A stretch of 64,000 nucleotides of DNA from a virus, in IMG/VR virus record IMGVR_UViG_3300045988_085724, positions 32,001 through 96,000 of that record; one strand, given 5' to 3'. A program made the position numbers and the translations under genes. Within the stretch, counting starts at the first letter, position 1. The number at the start of each line of letters is the position of its first letter. The notes beneath the pieces are model-generated. The model ran no database searches. It saw only the letters and a list, made by a program, of their open reading frames with translations, and was not told the DNA's origin. This document shows, piece by piece, positions 14,358 through 25,314 of this stretch.

Positions 14358-15452
14358 TTAAGCAGCTTTATATGCAATCTCTTCAAGATTTACTCCAACA
14401 TTTGTAAATTCGTCTTTAAGAGCTTTAATATCTGTTTCTGCAGGAGTTCCTGCAGCAGAAACATAAATCTCAATAGCTTGTTTTGTATGACGCTGAATAT
14501 CATCAGCAGCACGATACTTTGTCTCAAATTCGATAGTAATACCATCGTACTTCTTAGAAAGATCGGTAATCATAGCAGGCTTGATGATAGGATCTGTGCA
14601 GCAGTCACGATTGAGAATTCCCTCATAACCCATAGCTTGTGCCTCACGGTCACGTACATTCTTAGCGCTCATAGGATCGTTATAACCCTCTTTCTTATTG
14701 ATAGTAAGACCTGTGGGGAAATACTTATTCTTAGAAGCAAAACCGGCTGCCTGAGGATTAGTGTAGTATACGTTTGCATTGAAACGGACCTTATTGGCTA
14801 CGTTAAGTGTATCTACGCTATTGTCATCATCATAAGGCATTGCGGTAAGAATAAGTTTGCCTTTAGCATCGTCAGCTTCAGCAGAAACATTAGTGCCGGC
14901 TTTTGCCTCTACACGAGCACGCTTATACTGATCTGTAATTATTGTAGCAAAAGCTTTGGCAACATCATCAGCGGTATCACCTTTCTTCGTAAGATATTCA
15001 TAAGACTCTGTCCACTTACGGAAACGAGTAGGCATATCTTTGAAAGTAAGACGTACTACAATACGACGATTGCCCTGTGCAAACTCATTTTTATCATCAG
15101 TAAAAGCACCGTTGAAATTAATAGTTATAGTATCCTCTTCAGCAAGTTTTGTGTTCTTTTTGTAAGCATCTGCAAGCATAAACGTTGCAGACTTGATATA
15201 ATTCTTATCAATCCAGTTAGACCACTTTACGATATTGGTATAGGTTTCGGTTTTTGCACCATGTACGCGAAGTACACCATCTTTAACAAGACCGATACGG
15301 AATTCATCAGAATTCTTCTCATTCTTTTCAAATACGAACTTACCAACATTTCCAGCAACATTCGTTTCAGTTCCTTTAAGAGTCTTAGTTCCTTCTATTA
15401 CACCTGGATTGTTTGTGTTACTAACAAACACTGTATTTACATATGTAATCAT
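14358..15452 (-). CDS. abundant-looking virion structural protein (unknown), TAG-free
   Basis: Intact 364-aa ORF with a TAA stop. It is flanked by its own hairpin terminators. Confidence 0.75.
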   Translation of the reverse strand: MITYVNTVFVSNTNNPGVIEGTKTLKGTETNVAGNVGKFVFEKNEKNSDEFRIGLVKDGVLRVHGAKTETYTNIVKWSNWIDKNYIKSATFMLADAYKKNTKLAEEDTITINFNGAFTDDKNEFAQGNRRIVVRLTFKDMPTRFRKWTESYEYLTKKGDTADDVAKAFATIITDQYKRARVEAKAGTNVSAEADDAKGKLILTAMPYDDDNSVDTLNVANKVRFNANVYYTNPQAAGFASKNKYFPTGLTINKKEGYNDPMSAKNVRDREAQAMGYEGILNRDCCTDPIIKPAMITDLSKKYDGITIEFETKYRAADDIQRHTKQAIEIYVSAAGTPAETDIKALKDEFTNVGVNLEEIAYKAA

Positions 15453-15534
15453 AATTTATTATGTTTTAAATTTTCTACTTTCCCTATTAAATAAAATGCT
15501 AGACCCAACTAGCTGGGATTTCCACGTTAATTTA

Positions 15535-16233
15535 TCACTCTTGAGTATTCACTTCATTAGAAATAGTCTGATAGCGTTGCTGCATAGGTATCTAGCTTTC
15601 TATGTACATCTATGCTGCCATCTTGATTATCTCTGGCATTATTACATCTGGAAAATCGGAATACTCTTCTTTTGGATTATCCAGACTTATTTTATTTGGA
15701 TTTCTAAGATAACCTAATGTGTATTTAGTTATCTTATATTTCTTATCAGTTAAGAGATCGCATCCATTTTGTGTCTTAATACGCAATGGCCTAGCTTTAT
15801 AATGACGATAATGGAAGTCAGTAAGTGTATTATTTACACGATACATAAAGCTATCTGCAGTACATTCAAATACTGACGTATCGAGTTCATGTCCATCATC
15901 AATCGAATCTATAACTACATCCTCATTTAGTACAAACATCATATTTTCAGGATAAGTTACTGTATACTTATTATACGTAGCGCGACTTTCATCCACACTA
16001 CTTAAATCTAAATTGCTTGATACAAATAGGTTTATTAAATCTTTAGTACGTTTCTCATTCTACTCATATGATGTGAAATGTGGTGCATTGCCATTAAATC
16101 TAGTTTTACAGAATTTATAAACAGCCTGATTTAACCAATACAAAGAATCGTCAGTAGCAGGCTTATTGAGAGTATCATCTATTTGGTTTATCTCTCGCTC
16201 AAATGCGGCTAATATCTATATATTTGTCATCAT
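15535..16233 (-). CDS. head-tail joining candidate (unknown), TAG-recoded
   Basis: ATGATG at 16233-16228, preceded by GGAGGA. TAGs at 16216, 16060, 15610 and 15592. TGA at 15535-15537. Confidence 0.65.
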
Positions 16234-16976
16234 TCATCCTCCTATTCATCTTGTTGGTTATTCTATTGATTAGATTGTCTCTAAGGCTATTTAGAAGCTG
16301 TCTAAGGCTATGAAGCACCTCCGCGCTTATAGTTTATAAATAACTAAACAGCGCCGCTTACAAGCTCATTAAAACACTCGTACGGAAGTTCACAAGCAAC
16401 GCCATCGCCAAGTATAGTAAAGTTTGCCGGTATCTTGATATACCTAATGTCTATAGCTATTATTTTAGTATATTCATCTGTAATTACTTCAAACGTAGTT
16501 CCTTTTCCAGCATTCTTCATAACTAGTAATGGTCTACGAAGTATTTTACCTTTATTATAAGGATCTCGCATTATTTGGTTATATTGCTGTGAATTTATAT
16601 AATCATTGCCAACCCAAACCTAAGTTTGCGAATCTTCTTCGTCATATGGTTTTGCATAAGAACCTTCTATTAAAGAAGTAGAATCAATATACATATTGAA
16701 ATCATCCAACTTAAACAGATTATATTCATCCGGGACACATTCTCCCCAAACAATAAGTGTTTTGAGATAATCATCAATACGATTAGAAGCATTTGAATTA
16801 GGCTAAACGCGATCTTTTGTTATATATAACTCTTTAACGAACTGATTTTGATATTCATTTAAGAATGCATAAATATCTTCAGTATCAATCTTATCAACTG
16901 TTTTAGTTGACGGAAGTATAGTTTGAATTCTACGTTCAAATTCTATCCCCAATTGTCTTGTCTATTCTAATGTCAT
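16230..16976 (-). CDS. virion protein with Q/P-rich C-terminal tail written largely in TAG codons
   Basis: ATG at 16976-16974 (ATGA overlap with the upstream stop). Track ORF 16344..16571 ends in TAG. The tail reads ...SQPQTASKQPQRQSNQQNNQQDEQEDE when TAG=Q. TGA at 16230-16232. Confidence 0.7.
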
Positions 16977-17758
16977 GCCTCTAATGATTTAGTTTGTACT
17001 ACTGTTGCTAATCTAGGATCTTGTACATTTCTACAAGCAAATATTACAGCAAGATTAATAAGCTCTTCACACACAGTATTTGATAATGGGAACTTCTCAG
17101 TGTTTGTTTTCTATTGTGCAAAACTGGTCGGCATCATAATTCCACGTATGTGCAATGAGCTATTAGTTATTTTACCTTTACTACTATCTATAAGTATGTG
17201 TATACACGTACCTTCTTTTGAAGTAGTATTTTCACTATTTTCTTTTGAAGTAGTATTTTCGCGCTATACATACATTATAGGTTCTTTTATCCAAGGTTTA
17301 TTGTGAACAGTTTCCTTAAATTTATCCGCTATTACACTTGTTAATAACTAAACCGTTTCTTCATATTTATTTGTATCTTTTGAGCCTTCCGCTTTGCCGG
17401 TTTCTTTCTGTTTATCTGTATATGTTATCTTACCACCTAATATATAAACAGGCGGTGTAACACCGTTATCATATACATATACAAACTCATTGCTTGCAAT
17501 ACTTGGATCTGTAGTATTTGTAGATTGGGTGAGAGTCCATATATCTATTAATGGAGCTATATCTGACATAGCTTTAGAATCCATATCTAACGCTACTTTA
17601 CGAGGATTATTTCCTGTTACTTTTTGAGCTATTAAAGCATACATTGCTTTATCTAAGATAACTGCAATCTCTTCTTTTGTAAGTGAAGGATATGACGAAG
17701 ATACATCAGCCTTGTCATATTCAATCAAAAAATTTTTGTATATATCATTATACGTCAT
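16973..17758 (-). CDS. head-tail connector candidate (unknown), TAG-recoded; contains a 27-nt in-frame tandem duplication
   Basis: ATG at 17758. Track ORF 17348..17758 ends in TAG. I read the frame codon by codon to TGA at 16973-16975. Confidence 0.7.
17213..17266 (-). repeat. 27-nt in-frame tandem duplication
   Basis: ttcttttgaagtagtattttc occurs twice with a 27-nt period, giving a repeated ENTTSKE peptide. Confidence 0.7.
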
Positions 17759-17806
17759 ATCTCATTCTAAATATTACTTATTCTTAGTTTCGTTTATGAT
17801 TGCAAG

Positions 17807-18526
17807 CTTAAGGTCTTGGTTCTTTTTGTTATCCAAATATGCGATTGCATCATTGAGTGAATCGGCAATCATCTCAGTACCATAATAGTACTATGTACGC
17901 TGCTTACGGATAACACCTTTAGCGATAGCTTCCTCAAGTATAAACTGAGTATCCTTAGACTTATTGTTTACCCACAAATCAAAAAATTTCTTAGGCTGCT
18001 TATCTACAAGATTAAATAATGTAGACTCAACAAGCTCATTAGACATACGCTCACCGTTAATACCAAACAGACGCAGACACTTACGCATCTGATCAAGAGT
18101 AAGCTTACCGAACTCGATAATAGCCTCTCTACGCTGCTTGTTAATCTTATTAGCTTCAATAGCTTCAGCCTGACGATTAATCAGAAGATAATCCTTACCT
18201 TCAGTAAATTTGTCAAGTGATGTAGCTACACGCTTATGTCCACTAAGGAATTTAATTGCCAAAGCCTAACTAGGAATTGAATCATCAAGTATAAGTGTGC
18301 GAGCACCTATTTTTACAGCATAATTAATCCAGAAATCGCTAGAACGTGAAAGTCTACCTTTTTCATAACCTAAAGCTTTTTCAAAATATTCTTCATCTTC
18401 TGGCGTAAGACCAGTATATCTCATCCCAGAACGAGTCCAATACGGACTAATATAATCAACGCATCCTTTATATTTAAGAAGACCTGCCCAGGGGTTTTTC
18501 TTTTTAATCTTTAATTCAACTACCAT
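17807..18526 (-). CDS. conserved protein downstream of MCP (unknown), TAG-recoded
   Basis: Track ORFs 18266..18526 and 17891..18262 are in the same frame, joined by TAG at 18266. A second TAG is at 17891. TAA at 17807-17809. Confidence 0.7.
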
Positions 18527-18607
18527 AATTTTAAATTAGTATGTTGTAATGTCGTACACCGGGGAACACTCCCCGGCTCGAACATTATTTATATTTATTG
18601 TTTAATA

Positions 18608-20119
18608 TTAAGCACCAACTGTAGTCATGCCATTATTAGTATGCTCAGCGTCATCTGCATCGCAGTACATAATACCACAAGACAGCGGATTACGGAGCAT
18701 AATACCCTCCTCACCGAGGAAGTGTACCTGATAACCATCACGGCTGTTAGAACGTACAGTATTGATGTTGTTAGCGTATCCAGCAGGAGTTACTGAACCA
18801 GCAGTACACCACTGAACAAATTCACGACCCTTGCGGCAAACCTTAACAATGTTAGCCTGGCCATCACGCTGACCAAGATCAATGAACAAGAATGTGTATG
18901 ACATCAAAGGTTTACCTGACAGAGGATGAAGCTTACGGAACATTTCCATGTTATCAAACATAGCGCAACGCTTTACAGTAAGTTCAATACCATTAGTCAT
19001 CTTATAAGTTGTAAACTGTCCGCCAAGAGTAAGCTCCTGACCAGAACCAGTAATGAAGTGTGTATCAATCATCTGGAAGCTAGCTACCTTATCTTTCATG
19101 ATACGGTCGAATTCACGGATACCCATTTCTCCTGTCAAAGCCATAAATTTACGCTCATTAGTACCAAGCAGATTATAGCACAGATCGAAAAGGAATTCCT
19201 CGAACAACTCACATGTCAGAGTTGTATAGTAACGTATGTTAGCGGGCGAAATCTGCTCGAACAGACCTGCTGAAATAGCTACAGGACGTCCGTTTGAACC
19301 TTTAAGGTTGTATGTACCATCAGCATTACGGTTAGACTTAGAGAACAGAAGAGCCTTCTCTTCACGTTTCTTCCACTCACGAAGAGCCTTCCAGTACTGA
19401 TAATCTGACCACAAATAAGACTTCTTACCAGTCTCAGGATCAGTCAGAGCAATAGCAAGTACTGTAGAATAAGCATCACCAGTAATATCATAAGTAAGAC
19501 GCAGAGTCATAAGATTATTGCGCATCTTAAACGGCGTCTGATAGTTGATGATATCAGCCTCATCACTGTACTCTTCGTAAGCTGAACCTACGCGGTCTAC
19601 CTGACGACCTGGTAGCAGATATATACCAGGAATATAAGAGTTAGCAAAACCCTCAGCTACATAGCACTCGTATACCCAAGCGTTACCATCCTGATAAGGC
19701 ATACCCTTTACGCGTACCTGGAAGTTGATGTCATCGAATGCGAGGATTGCACCAGGACCGTACCATTTCTCTTCGAGAGCGATATAGATAGGAGTACCAT
19801 TAAGACCAGCTGCGGTATTTTCATTTACATCTACACCGTCACACTTAGCCCACATAATATTAACTGCGTGGTCACCATCAATCATCACAGACCACTCATA
19901 CTCACGATTATCAATAATCATAGTCTTGCCGAGACCACCGGTAATCATGTCAATGGCAGTAGATACGCCATCATCCTTTGTACCAAATACAAGTGAAAGC
20001 AGACCTGAAACCTGATGAGGATTTGTCAGCAAAGCGTTAGAAATCATATTCTCGTCTACCAGATCAGAAAAACGCTTACCGCGATAGAGCTGGAGACCAT
20101 TAAGCAAATTGTTATTCAT
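18608..20119 (-). CDS. major capsid protein (crAss-like, HK97-fold family), TAG-free
   Basis: Intact 503-aa ORF directly downstream of the scaffold-like gene. Size, position and sequence resemble crAss-like MCPs as I recall them. TAA stop, followed by a CCGGGG/CCCCGG hairpin. Confidence 0.85.
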   Translation of the reverse strand: MNNNLLNGLQLYRGKRFSDLVDENMISNALLTNPHQVSGLLSLVFGTKDDGVSTAIDMITGGLGKTMIIDNREYEWSVMIDGDHAVNIMWAKCDGVDVNENTAAGLNGTPIYIALEEKWYGPGAILAFDDINFQVRVKGMPYQDGNAWVYECYVAEGFANSYIPGIYLLPGRQVDRVGSAYEEYSDEADIINYQTPFKMRNNLMTLRLTYDITGDAYSTVLAIALTDPETGKKSYLWSDYQYWKALREWKKREEKALLFSKSNRNADGTYNLKGSNGRPVAISAGLFEQISPANIRYYTTLTCELFEEFLFDLCYNLLGTNERKFMALTGEMGIREFDRIMKDKVASFQMIDTHFITGSGQELTLGGQFTTYKMTNGIELTVKRCAMFDNMEMFRKLHPLSGKPLMSYTFLFIDLGQRDGQANIVKVCRKGREFVQWCTAGSVTPAGYANNINTVRSNSRDGYQVHFLGEEGIMLRNPLSCGIMYCDADDAEHTNNGMTTVGA

Positions 20120-20149
20120 ATAATATATTAATTGATTTTAAATTTATTG

Positions 20150-21328
20150 TCAAAAGAATCTTGACGCAAGATCTACGACTGATTTAGGTTTATCTTCGAC
20201 ATTATAGGCTGTATGATTTTTAGCCTGATGTCTTAACATTTTTCTAAGTTTTTCTGTAGCGGATGACTCTCCGTCACGTTTAGCAGTAGACACGAACGAA
20301 TCTCCCTTCATTGTAATATATGCAGTAGTAAGAAGATTATTGATAAAGTTATCCTTGTTGTTATAATCTCTTTGGAACTTTGATATTCCGTTTTGATCAA
20401 CATTAAAGATATAATCAGCAAGTTTAGCTCTATCTTCTTTTGGTATCTGTACACCTCTAATGCTTGAAAGTGACTTGATTTGATTCATGCAGTCATTATA
20501 GAACTGTTTAGATTGCTCTTCTTGTTGCTGCAAATATGCGGCCTGTTGCTGTTGAGCCATTTCAAGCTCATGCTGTTTAATCTATTTGAGCCTATCGAGA
20601 GCATCAGCAGATTCCTCTTCAAGCATATCGGCGTCTTCGTAACGTGATATTTTGTTTTTTATTTGATCATCTGTATATCCACTATAGCGTAGAAGTTCGC
20701 TTACAACAGCTTTCTGGTTATCTTCATCTTCCATATCCATATTATCGTATGAAATAGACTGCTGTTGTTTACCATAAAAGTCTTCAAACTTACCGCCATT
20801 TTTAACATATTCATCGAGCTACTATATTCGCTCATCTGCGTATTGAGGTACAGAGTTTTGCTGTACAACTTCACGCATGTAATTTGTCAAATCATCTACT
20901 GTTAAAGGACGATCTTCTTCTTTTATATCATCCATGTTCCAACCAAATGATTCGCCAATTGCGTCAAACAAGAGACCTACTTGTTGTGCTTCATGTACAT
21001 CTGCATCAGATGGTTCTTGCACATCTTCAGTATTATCTACTGTAGCATTAGCAGGTTCCTGAACTGGTTCTTCTTTTGGTTTTCCGTCCATTCTATCAAG
21101 GACGTCCTGTGGAATCTCACTATCATCGTCATTAATATTAGACGGATTAGTGTCATCCGCACTATTATCCTCAGCAGGTTTATCTGCTGGTTTATCGTCA
21201 TCCTCAACGACGTTTATAAATGAATCTTGTGTATCCATATTGGTAGTTTCAGGCATGTTACCTTCATTACCATATACACTATTCAATAGATCATCAAACG
21301 GCGTTGGAGTAGTATTCTTTTTTGCCAT
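20150..21328 (-). CDS. scaffolding protein candidate (acidic N-terminus, Q-rich coiled coil), TAG-recoded
   Basis: Track ORFs 20822..21328 and 20150..20560 are in one frame. TAGs at 20822, 20819 and 20582. I read the whole 20561-20821 gap and it is open. TGA at 20150. Lies immediately upstream of MCP. Confidence 0.7.
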
Positions 21329-21386
21329 AAATTATTATAATAATTTAATTTGTTATACTTATTTTATTCACTGTTCATTCAGTGTA

Positions 21387-22574
21387 TTAGTGTTTCCATT
21401 TACGAGCGTTTAGTGCAAACTATGCTCTTTTTCTTGTCAAAGGATTCTTAGAATGACTAAGTTCCTCTGTAGTCTTACCTGTACGTTTTTTAGTAGCATT
21501 AAACTTACCACGATTAGCTGGATTTATATATATTCCAGATTTACCGTGATCAAAAGAGCCATCTGGTTTCTGATCGGGATATAACATAGGTTTTAATGGT
21601 ATGTTTATGTATGGATTTAACACTGTACGTATGTCTTGTGACATTGGTACGTGTACAGTACTTATGTTATAATCAGGACTCATTGGTATTTGTATATTAT
21701 TAGACGGTACCTATTGCACAATATTACCGTTCACAACACCTGTAGGCTGAAGGCCTTTCATAAACAAATCCTGCTCATATAATCTACGCTTACGTAGGCC
21801 AGATAATTTTTTATTATTCATACCTACATTTATGGTATCTCTAATGGCAGACAAATCGTCATATTTCATTCCATTTGCAGCCCATTGTCGTATTGCGTTC
21901 AATGTTGGATTAAAACTAGATGGCTTTATATTATAGTAATATGAAGTAAGCGCATCGCGCTGATTTTGTGTCAATGCGTCCCACGCATCATTTCCTATAA
22001 TATTTCCCAATCTTTTGTAGAACGTTCCTACTGCATCACCTCCCCATCTACGATTCTACCCGGCAAAATGCGAACCTTCAGCACTAGCTATATATTTACG
22101 AATAGATCGTGATGGACCGCCTTTTCCAGTATAATATTCAGGCAAGTTTATCTTTACTGGATGGTCTTCTGCATGATCTAAATAATCTCTAGTTCTGTTA
22201 TAATTCCAGTAGTTAGCTAACTAAGACATACTAGGTGTATATTCAGTACCAGCTTCGTTCCAGCTACCACCAACTATTCCATACGGATTATAATCACTTA
22301 CTTTTCCGCTATATATAGACTAATTAGAAAAAGTAGGATGATACATAGTTTTTGCATAATCGTCAAAATGTGCAAATGCAGGAGCATATAACATAGCATT
22401 GGCCATAAAAGGACGTCCTTCATAAAACTCATTATAGTTATACGTAGGATCGTTCAACATCTCTGTATATACTTCATCTGTAGACAAGGGCTTCATTGGA
22501 GCTTGTGTCCATTCTTGTGCTTTCTTATCAGCTATCTAATCTAGCCAAGTATAAAAATCATTTTTCTTTTTCAT
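21387..22574 (-). CDS. virion protein with lysozyme-like (GH24-type) segment, TAG-recoded
   Basis: ATG at 22574-22572. I read it through to TAA at 21387-21389 with several TAGs. The motif ...DALTQNQRDALTSYYYNIKPSSF... resembles the lysozyme LxxNQxDALxSxxxN signature. Confidence 0.6.
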
Positions 22575-22605
22575 ATGCAGTTTTTCATATAATTATCTAT
22601 ACGGT

Positions 22606-23886
22606 TTACAACGGCTGCAAACTTTTTGTCCTAGAGTCTACAAACTTTAATAACTAGTCATAATCTTCAGCTTGATCAAATGTAATTCCAGGTTGAACAT
22701 ACCCAGTTCTCTAAGTATTAAAATCTCGCCTACGCCAAAAAGGACCGTTTTTCTCCCAGTAATTAAATTCAGATGCTGGTGCACTTGCATGTTTAGGACT
22801 TCCATTTTCTATCAATACGACTGGAGTTCCTTTATACATAGGAGCTTTTGTATCGTAGCTACCATGCATTCCTTTTGCAAATCTAGAAGCGTTTGTACCA
22901 TCTATAATATAATCGGTATTTGTTGGATCATAAAAATACTCACCTTTTACAAAACCAACAGTGCCTTCATGATTAGTAGAAGGGCGATATCCTAGGTTAA
23001 TCCCCGATTTACTCGTTCTTTCGGGCCTTCCAAACGAATTCCAATCTAAACCTAAGTCTTCTAAAGCCTATTCTAAATTTACTGGGTTCATGTTCGATAA
23101 TTCGTCTCTGGTAAAATATTTCAATAACTGTGGATGATGCTCAATAGCTTTATCTAAAGCACCATGATACCAACCTGTTCTAGATCTTATAATTCCTGTA
23201 TTAACAGCATCATCAATCATCGGAGAAGAACCTACCCTATAAAAATGTCCTGCTTGATTAGGCGGCAGTATAGTTCTATTAAAGATTGGATGTTTTGCTT
23301 GCCACTGTAAAGCAGAGTTTAAAGCGTCTCTTCCTGTATCATTGAGTATTCTATATACCTATGAATGTGGTACTTTAGATAGGACTCGCCCTGCTCCAGA
23401 AATAGGAACTTTCGATGCACCCAAATCAAACAACAAGTTAAGTTGTTTATCTCCGTAACTATCACCAAACCCAGGATTCTTTTCATCCCACATAGGTATT
23501 CCTGTGCGTAATGTACCAATCCAATTACTTGGTGTAAACGTTCTTAACACGGGCATTGCTCCAGGGATTTTACTAACCGGCTCCATTACTTTACCTACAG
23601 TATTTCCAAGTGCATATTGTATACCTTCTGTTAAAGCGTACGGATTAAATGCTGATTGATACGGATATTGTTTCTTGCCTATAACTTCTACATCAGGTGT
23701 AGTAACCTCAAGATTACGTGCATCAATTGCGCTAGGGTCTACATTAAATACACTACCGTCGTCAGTGACCACTGTGTTCTTATCTCCAGTATCATACCTA
23801 GGCAAATCAATACCTCTTATATCCCAGTAACGTTCACCATTCTTCCATCTATCATAGCGTGCTTGAAAATCTTTAATGTTTCTCAT
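22606..23886 (-). CDS. virion protein (unknown), TAG-recoded
   Basis: ATG at 23886-23884. Track ORF 23359..23886 ends in TAG. I read every codon down to TAA at 22606-22608. Confidence 0.7.
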
Positions 23887-25312
23887 ATAATCGTCTGTTT
23901 AAATCTTCAGCTGCTTTGCGCAAAAAATCAGCGTCATATCCTTTTTTTGTTGCAGTTTCAGCACTTATTCCACTGGATCCAATCCCTAACTCTTTTCTTA
24001 ACTGTGCTTCAATTGGAGTCGCTCTATTATAAAACAACATATTACCACCAACAACTTTTTCTAGTGGTGTGTTTGGCACCTATGTAGCTTCTCTACTTAC
24101 AGTAATTGGTAATCCAGTCTATTCAGATTGATACATATAATCTTTATAAGTTGGCTATCCACGTTTCTACAGTAGTTTTCTTAAAGTTTCAGTATAATTT
24201 ATATCCTCATCAGAATATCCAGCTTTTCTAAAGCTCAAAGCTCTCATTATATTAGACTAGCTAGTTTGCTCAAACGTTTCCTATTCTGCATCTCTTGCGG
24301 CCTACATTTCTGCAAATCGCTTTCTTAGTTTTGGAGTACTTAGCGTTTCATATCCTGCACTTTTGGCTGCTCGTAAAAGATCAGTATTGCCACTTACAAT
24401 AGTATAATTGGACAGATTAAACGGGTCATTATTAAAACCTTGTAATATAAATGTGTCGGAAGGCTACGTACTTAAATACGCTTTTGGATCATACATAGCT
24501 GGATTTTTTACAATAACATCACTACCTGACCAATGTGCTTTTGGGTGGTCTCTGACAACTGTATCTGTAGTAGTATTCTACCATGGAAATCTTACCATCC
24601 TACCATTTTCATATGTCGGCATGTTATATATATCTATTCCTTTTTTCTCAGCTCTAAATAATTCTGGCATCCTAGGTTTGGTTGGCAAATGAAGTCTTCT
24701 TCCAAAAGTTCCTAAGACTCTATCAGATAATGAATTTCCGTAATAACCAAGAGATCCTCTAAATGTTGTATAAGGATCAAATAGCCCAGGCATAGAATTT
24801 TGTAAAAACTCAGTACCAGCTCCAATGCCATCTTTTAACATAAAAGGACTAGCTACATCAAAAATAACATTAGCAGTCATATTATTAAAGCCAGTTCCTC
24901 CAACAAGATTATCTCCAAAAGTACCATCACCTGTTAAACTTCTTGCAGCAGCTCCAACATATGTAGACGGACTAATTAATTTACCAATTGCAGAAACTCC
25001 CTCTGCAGCATTCTAATAATTCTGCTATTCGTGTATTCGTCTTTTGACATTCTATAGCGCAATATCATCCTACCTCTTCTAATAACTAGATCTATTGTCT
25101 TGCGATACAACTTCTTGTTTGCTTTTGACAATACCTGTAGGAAAACGCAATCCTTTTTTATATTTATATATAACAGTTTCTCCTTGATTTATTTTTCTAT
25201 TTACAGGTAATATTGGATGAGATATTCGTGTATTGTCTGACGTAGCAGAGTTGTTAGTATTTAATAGCGTAGATAATCTACGATATGATAATCGTTTATT
25301 TGGTTTTGTCAT
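23873..25312 (-). CDS. virion protein downstream of portal (unknown), at least 14 in-frame TAG
   Basis: ATG at 25312-25310. Track ORFs 25079..25312, 24578..24880 and 23873..24079 share a frame. I read both gaps (24881-25078 and 24080-24577) and found no TAA or TGA. TAA at 23873-23875. Confidence 0.75.
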
Positions 25313-25314
25313 AA

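Noticed and set aside
14343-15494. A 383-aa plus-strand ORF, and many other plus-strand track ORFs within 1-39 kb (for example 875..1105, 1822..2223, 11583..11903, 23656..24087, 25363..25854).
   Set aside because: They lie antisense to clearly protein-like minus-strand genes. They have extreme C/F/I/L/S-rich, low-complexity composition, which is typical of the reverse frame of AT-rich coding DNA.
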